Source of the DNA: Octopus vulgaris
Taxonomy: Eukaryota
Length of the DNA stretch: 64,000 nt
Assembly (NCBI GenBank): GCA_951406725.2
Contig: OX597835.1
Span: forward strand, 3,720,001 to 3,784,000
Direction of reading: 5' to 3'
The notes beneath the pieces were generated by a model, which did no database searches, had not been told where the DNA came from, and worked only from the letters and a program-made list of their open reading frames with translations. The translations under genes were made by a program, and so were the position numbers. Below are positions 56,210-64,000 of this stretch, in pieces (position 1 is the stretch's first letter; each line of letters begins with the position of its first letter).

Positions 56210-57098
56210 ATTCTTTTACTTGTTTCAGTCATTTGACTGCGGCCATGCTGGAGCACCGCCTTTTATAGTCGAGCAAATCGACCCCAGGACATATTCTTTG
56301 TAAGCCTAGTACTTATTCTATCGGTCACTTTTGCCGAACCGCTACGTTACGGAGACGTAAACACACCAGCATCGGTTATCAAGACACAAACACACACATA
56401 TATACATATATACGACAGGCTTCTTTCAGTTTCCGTCTACCAAATCCACTCACAAGGCATTGGTCGGCCCGGGGCTATAGCAGAAGACACTTGCCCAAGG
56501 TGCCACGCAGTGGGACTGAACCCGGAACCATGTGGTTGGTAAGCAAGCTACTTACCACACAGCCACTTCTGCGCCTAAGCCTAATTTCTTTTCTTAAAAT
56601 CTTTTACTTGTTTCAGTCATTACACAGCAGCCATGCTGGAGCACCGCGTTGAGGAATTTTCATCGAATGAATCAGCCACGGTACTTTAATTTTTTTTTTT
56701 TTTTTTTACATCCCGATACTTAGTCTATCGATCTATTTTGCCGAACCGCTATGATGCGGGTACGTAAACACACGAACACCGATTGTCAAGTAGTAGGGTG
56801 GAACAAGCACAGACACAAAGACACACACACATTCATATATGCATATATGTGTGTGCACGTGTGTGTGAGTGTGTGTATGTGTGTATGTGTGTGTGTATGG
56901 GCATCTTTTATCTTTTGCTTGTTTCAATTATTAGGCTGCGGCCATGCTGGAGCACCGCCTCAGCGAAATTTCAGTCGAATGAATCAACCACAGTACTTTT
57001 TTTAACACCTGACAATTATTCTATCGGGCTCTTTTTGCCGAACTGTATAGTCTGGTGCGTAAACACACCTGCACCGGTTGTCAAGCGGCAGATGGAGT

Positions 57099-57191
<93 letters not shown>

Positions 57192-57410
57192 ACACACATG
57201 CATAGTCAATTCAAATAAACGAATAAAAATGGACAACATGAGGACAGGCATAAGAAATGTATGAGCTTGACGTTCGGTGAAACAAAAGGCTTCATTCAGT
57301 TTCCGTCTACCAGATCCACTCACAAGGCTTTGGTCTGGCCAAGGCAATAGCGGAAGACATCTGCCCAACGTGCCACGCAGTGGGACTGAACCCAGAACCA
57401 CATACCCTTG
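56210..57410 (-). mobile_element. Cluster of three SINE family A copies
   Basis: 56210-56575 is intact; about 56600-56830 and 56910-57410 are diverged. Confidence 0.75.
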
Positions 57411-57988
57411 CCGGTTCACATATTTTTCATGTTTGGATTAACTTTGTATATATATATGTATAAATCCTTAAATCCTTAAAAATGTTTTAGCCCGAAGACC
57501 GCGGCCATGCTGGGGCACCATCGCTGTTCACGTTTGTATAAAACATGGGTGTGTGTATGCTATATTCTTTTAATCTTTTCTTTCTCCTAGTCATTGGACT
57601 GCGGCCATGTGGGAGCATTATTCTGAAAGTTATTTTAATCGATTATAAGGACCTCAATACATATTTTTCAAATCAGATATTTATCGCTGTCTATTTGTCG
57701 AACTGCTAATTTCCCGGATATAAACACACGCACACGTACTCACACACACAACACGCGTGCGCACTCACGCGTACTCACACATACACACACACATACCCAC
57801 GGTTCCAAGGGATCGTCGAAATATTTTGACAAAACGGCTCACGGAATCAAACTTCACAATTTTCATATAAAATTCTTTTATGGAAGTTTTAAAAAATGTC
57901 TGTGCAGATAAAATTACAAGAAAAATGAAGAAAGAACGAACCATCGAACGAACGAATGAAGTGAAAATAATAAATAAATGAACGAATA

Positions 57989-58937
57989 GGCGCAGGAGTG
58001 GCTGTGTGGTAAGTAGCTTGCTTACCAACCACATGGTTCTGGGTTCAGTCCCACGGCGTGGCATCTTGGGTAAATGTCTTCTACTATAGCCTCAGGCCGA
58101 CCAAAGCCTTGTGAGTGGATTTGATAGACGGAAACTGAAAGAAGCCTGTCGTATATATGTATATATATGCAGGAGTGGCTGCGTGGTAAGTAGCTTGCTT
58201 ACCAACCACATGGTTCCGGGTTCAGTCCCACTGCGTGGCATCTTGGGCAAGTGTCTTCTGCTATAGCCCCGGGCCGACCAATGCCTTGTGAGTGGATTTG
58301 GTAGACGGAAACTGAAAGAAGCCTGTCGTATATATGTATATATATGCAGGAGTGGCTGTGTGGTAAGTAGCTTGCTAACCAACCACATGGTTCCGGGTTC
58401 AGTCCCACTGCGTGGCATCTTGGGCAAGTGTCTTCTGCTATAGCCCCGGGCCGACCAAAGCCTTGTGAGTGGATTTGGTAGACGGAAACTGAAAGAAGCC
58501 TGTCGTATATATGTATATATATGCAGGAGTGGCTGTGTGGTAAGTAGCTTGCTAACCAACCACATGGTTCCGGGTTCAGTCCCACTGCGTGGCATCTTGG
58601 GCAAGTGTCTTCTGCTATAGCCCCGGGCCGACCAATGCCTTGTGAGTGGATTTGGTAGACGGAAACTGAAAGAAGCCTGTCGTATATATGTATATATGTA
58701 TATATGTATGTGTGTGTATATGTTTGTGTGTCTGTGTTTGTCCCCCTAGCATTGCTTGACAACCGATGCTGGTGTGTTTACGTCCCCGTCACTTAGCGAT
58801 TCGGCAAAAGAGACCGATAGAATAAGTACTGGGCTTACAAAGAATAAGTCCCGGGGTCAATTTGCTCGACTAAAGGCGGTGCTCCAGCATGGCCGCAGTC
58901 AAATGACTGAAACAAGTAAAAGAGTAAAAGAGTAAAG
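57989..58937 (+). mobile_element. SINE family A with four tandem 177-bp head halves
   Basis: gcaggagtggc at 57992, 58169, 58346 and 58523, then a single 3' half. Confidence 0.9.
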
Positions 58938-59054
58938 AGAATGATGAATATTTTGAAGAAAAGCTGAAAGTAAGAAATAACAATATCCTCGCTTTTGCTA
59001 AGGCGAAGGTAAAAAGGAAACCCAAACAAAAATGAAAGAAGCGAATCATGGAAG

Positions 59055-59136
<82 letters not shown>

Positions 59137-60328
59137 GGGGAGAAATGAAGAAAGAAAAACGGTGAGAATGAGAGATCTAAGAAAGATTCCGCCTTGTATA
59201 ATGAAATTTCAGAAGTTTGGGTTTGTGACATGAAGAATAAACCAACGTCACTGATACGCATGAATGGGAAAAAGGTTAGTTAAACGAATCCACATGTCGC
59301 TTTTGACCACCATTCTCCAACACCAGGTGGCAGCATTGTTGATGCTGAGTCGAAGCATCTCTCCTGTTTCAATCTGCATCATCATCTTGAGTAATGTGGA
59401 CAGTTTCTATTAAGTCATTATTTATTTCCTGAAGATTCAATTACAAAGAAATAACTCGGCCTTAAGTTGTTGCTATTGTTTCATCTCTGTCAGTTTTAAT
59501 TGAGCAGATCTTGATCAAAGTCATTCCAACCATGATCATCCTGTCTATTCTATATTTCAGATGCGTTCTGTGTCCAATGAAAACAATATGGCTTAAGGGA
59601 ATATAACGTCGTGGAGTGGGTAGAGAGGAACTAATTATAAACACATTCGGGTTTCACGTGTAATGCAATGAGTTGAAAGCTTCGATTAACTGAGAGATTA
59701 TCCTTGCTATAAATGGACAAAACCTCCCGCTTGGGATGTTTAAGATCTGAAGACAACGAGCAAATAATCGAAATTAGGTTCACAATATTGATAATACGGA
59801 TGAAAGAAAGAATCTGGTTTTAAAGTCAACTTTTTCAATGGATCTATACTAATAATTTTTAAAGCGAGATACGTAAAGCAGTACCCATATCAATAAAGCA
59901 CCCTCACGGTATTTCAGTCCTTAACAGCTGCTGACTCTCCCCAATACTTAAATGAGGCCCACATCGGGGACAGGGACAACCTGAATTGCATCCAGAGAAG
60001 GGTCGCTTGGTTGATTCATTTTCAATCACGGACCCTTAAACCTGCTATATTCTTATATTCTCTCTGTCTTTTCTGTTACTGCTATAAGGACTTTGACCGA
60101 GCCGACCTGGTCAGGGGTGACCGATGATCAAAAGGCATTCTAACCGTGACCTTTCCGTTTCTTTTCTCCACTACTTTGCAAGACACTCAGAATGATATCA
60201 CGTGTCTATTTTAAAGACCTTCCTAGGGAGATTAGACTGCAGCCTCTAGCAAGCATAACGATAATGCGCAGGCTCCCTCGCGGGCTGTTCATGTTGTTTT
60301 ATTATTTTGTTGTTGTTGTTTTATTATT

Positions 60329-60369
<41 letters not shown>

Positions 60370-60866
60370 CCAGGTATAGTCGTGTCTGTTTTACTGATGA
60401 AGATTTCCTGGGAGGAATGCAATATATGTTAAGACGACATTGGGAAAAATATTAAAGACATAGTGGGGAGGAGGAGTGAAAGAGAGAGAGAGGGAGAGAC
60501 AGAGAGAGAGAGAGAGATGAAAGAGAAAAAGAGAAAGGTGAGTTATAGGGAGGGAGAAAGGGAGAGAGAAAAAGAGCGAGAGAGAGGGAGAGAAAGAGGG
60601 GTGGGGAGAGAGAAGGAGTACCGAGTATCAGAAAATGTCAGTTTATATTTCTGAAGATACTTGTTATAATCACACACGTATTGCGTGTGCAAGAAAGCTA
60701 TATTGCCGACAGGATCGCATACATGGGAACCTACATACATACGCATATACGCGCGTAAAGACACACACATACATGCTGCACACAAACACACACACATACA
60801 CACACACACAGACGAAGTATAAATACACCCGCCCACACAATAAATTAACCCCCAGCTTATGAGTGT

Positions 60867-61007
60867 GTATGTATGTATGTATGTACGTATGTATGTATGT
60901 ATGTATGTATGTATGTATGTATGTATGTATGTATGTGTGTATGTATGTATGTATGTATGTATGTGTGTATGTATGTATGTATGTATGTATGTATGCATGT
61001 ATATATG

Positions 61008-61041
<34 letters not shown>

Positions 61042-61440
61042 TGTATGTATGTATGTATGTATGTATGTATGTTTGTATGTATGCATGTATATAAGTATGA
61101 ATGTATGTATGTATGTATGCATGCATGTATGTATGTATGTATGTATGTATGTATGTATGTATGTATGTATGCATGTATATATGTATGTATATATGTATGT
61201 ATATATGTATGTATATATGTATGTATGTATGCATGTATGCATGTATATATGTATTTATATATGTATGTATGTGTGTATATATTTATGTATATATGTATGT
61301 ATGTATGTGTGGGTGTATGTATGTATGTATGTATGTATGTATGTATGTGTGGGTGTATGTATGTATGTATGTATGTATGTATGTATGTATGTGTGGGTGT
61401 ATGTATGCATCTATGTATGTATGTGTGTATATATGTATGT
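60867..61440. repeat. (TATG)n microsatellite
   Basis: Direct reading. Confidence 0.95.
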
Positions 61441-62354
61441 ATCTCTCCTCTCTTTATATAAATAAATAGACCGATAGAAAGTCAGATAGATAGACAGATA
61501 GACAGAGACACGTGCGCGCGCGCTTTGGGGGAGAGAAAGAGGTAATCTGAAAGTGTGGGAGGGCGACATAGATCCTGGAGGGCGAGTTCCAGAGAGGTGG
61601 GGGCGGGGGTTGGTTTGATTGTAAACAAAGATGGCACGACTGGGTAGAAATAAACTGTTGTGAAATAGACGACCTGACACTAATGTGATGGATGGCTACT
61701 CAACAGCTACCCGTCTACATAGTGCCTGTGTGTTTATATACGCACGTATGTGTGTGTATGTGCGTGTATATAAACTCGCATATACACACATATACACACA
61801 TGCAACTATTGTAGCTAGACACATATGAATCTCACAGGCTATGTCTCAATTCGTCTAATCAAGGAATTTATATATTGCGAGTGCTCCACAACTAAACTAC
61901 ACATATGCTGGAGCTATGACCAATGTCTTGAATAAAAAGGAAAGAAAAAAATCTCGAATATATACTTGAAGGGAATTTATAGATTTACTACTTTACAGTA
62001 ACCTTCCGGGACATTTGGAGGGTCAGGTATTTCTCAATGGCAAAATGAGCCCCACTCAATTTTGCTCAGATTGCTTTCAATTTTGGTGTATCGATGCAAC
62101 TCTGAGTTTTGATTACAGTCAACCAATTACTTTATGGAGGGGAGGAAACCAATACAAAAAATTGACTGGTATTTGAGTTTATCGATCTCGGAAGGATTAA
62201 AGACAAAAATTCATCTCTCGGTATTTGAACTCCGAACATGAAGTACTGAAACGACTCCACCACCCCACCCTATTGTATGCTTCAATATTCTAACAGTTTT
62301 GCCAACACATTAACTTTGAATAAAAAAAATAACGAACTAAATAAATGAGCAGGA

Positions 62355-62762
62355 GCAGGAGTGGCTGTGTGGTAAGTAGCTTGTTTACCAACCACATGGT
62401 TCCGGGTTCAGTCCTACTGCGTGGCACCTTGGGCAAGTGTCTTCTACTATAGCCTCAGGCCGACCAAAACCTTGTGAATGGATTTGGTAGACGGAAACTG
62501 AAAGAAGCCCGTCGTATATATGTATATATATATAGATATATGCGTGTGTGTGTTTGTGTATCTGTGTTTGTCCCCCTAGCATTGCTTGACAACCGATGCT
62601 GGTGTGTTTATGTCCCCGTTACTTAGCGGTTCGGCAAAAGAGACCGATAGAATAAGTCCTGGGCTTACAAAAGAATAAGTCCCGGGGTCGAGTTGCTCGA
62701 TTAAAGGCGGTGCTCCAGCATGGCCGCAGTCAAATGACTGAAACAAGTAAAAGAGTAAAGAG
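62355..62762 (+). mobile_element. SINE family A
   Basis: Full-length copy. Confidence 0.87.
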
Positions 62763-63290
62763 AATATTTTCTGCACAGAAACAAAAGCCGTATCAGCAAA
62801 ATTCGAAGTCATTTTTGCAAAGTTAATCAGTTTTGCCTCCTCCACTGACGGGAAATATCAACTAGGAAGATTGAACGGGAATCGCTTCCACAAAACCAGA
62901 TTCCTTCCGTACAGAAGCGTGGTTTTGTGTTGATCTTTATCACGAACCAGTTACAAGATGATCAAGAGCAGAATCGGTGGAGCAATTAACAAAGTATCTT
63001 GTGCTATTCAGTTACGTCTCATTTGTATTCTGGGTTCAAATAATGTCAAGGTGAAACTTGACCTTCATCCGTTCAGGTTTGGCAAAGCAAGTAGCTTTGT
63101 GAGAAGATATCACCCTGCAGTAATTAACCCCGCAGAGTAGAGGTATGTTTTCGGTGACATAAATAACTGACACGGTTTCAATTCCCAGCTGGAAACTTTT
63201 TTCTTCATTTTTGTTGTGAAACGTAAAAACATTTTCATATATCCTTTTCCTCTCTCGCGCACTTCGAATTTCTCGTCTTAATGTTATTCT

Positions 63291-63587
63291 ATACATACAC
63301 ATACATACATACATACATACATACATACATACATACATACAAACACACATACATACATACCTGCATACATACATACATACATACATACATACATACATAC
63401 ATACATACATACATACCTGCATACATACATACATACATACATACATACATACACACACACATACATACATACATACACACATACACACACACATACATGC
63501 ATACAAACATACATACATACATACATACATACATACACACATACATACACACACACACACACACACATAATACATACATACATACAT

Positions 63588-63618
<31 letters not shown>

Positions 63619-63630
63619 TACATACATATG
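63291..63630. repeat. (CATA)n/(CA)n microsatellite
   Basis: Direct reading. Confidence 0.95.
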
Positions 63631-63878
63631 TGCATGTGTTTGAGCGTGCGTATGTGTGTATGTGTATGTGTGTGTACGCGTGTGTCTGTGTTCATATATA
63701 CATACACACATACAGCTGTGAAACCTGAGCTAGGAAAGAGGATATAGAGAACATTCGTATACATCTCCTCTCATATTTTCTATATATTATTACATTTCTG
63801 ATTGTTAATTCAATGTTGTTCATATTTTTATTGTTATTTACGGTTACTTACTTACCTACCTACCTACTACTACTACTG

Positions 63879-63924
<46 letters not shown>

Positions 63925-63928
63925 TACC

Positions 63929-64000
<72 letters not shown>

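Noticed and set aside
57989-58700. Regularly spaced repeats suggestive of a CRISPR array
   Set aside because: Units are 177-bp SINE heads without unique spacers, in a eukaryotic context
60543-61469. MYVC/HTYI-repeat ORFs (also at 8700-9900, 30117-30718, 44600-45500, 63036-63764)
   Set aside because: Translations of di- and tetranucleotide microsatellites

Overview
AT-rich, microsatellite-dense animal genomic DNA. The repeat landscape suggests a cephalopod/octopus (inference). Two host genes are visible: the homeobox exon of an NK4/Nkx2-5 (tinman-class) gene (+, 8071-8642; exon 1 not found in the window) and a cyclophilin B-like PPIase with a signal peptide, whose whole CDS is one exon (-, 23670-24359). 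Most other ORFs in the track are microsatellite or SINE artefacts. Repeats include three tRNA-headed SINE families, two Helitron-type non-autonomous elements, mariner and Tc1-superfamily remnants, a hAT MITE, RTE and RLE-type LINE fragments, and a decayed Penelope-like RT. The most interesting signal is a family of non-coding elements in (TA)n tracts that carry type I hammerhead ribozyme motifs. One locus (32790-34385) is a 590-bp tandem repeat with one hammerhead per unit plus an inverted arm. A second subfamily (34405-34815, 39603-40322) shows compensatory stem changes. This is retrozyme/Penelope pseudo-LTR architecture, and several unrelated hammerhead-like families occur elsewhere in the window.
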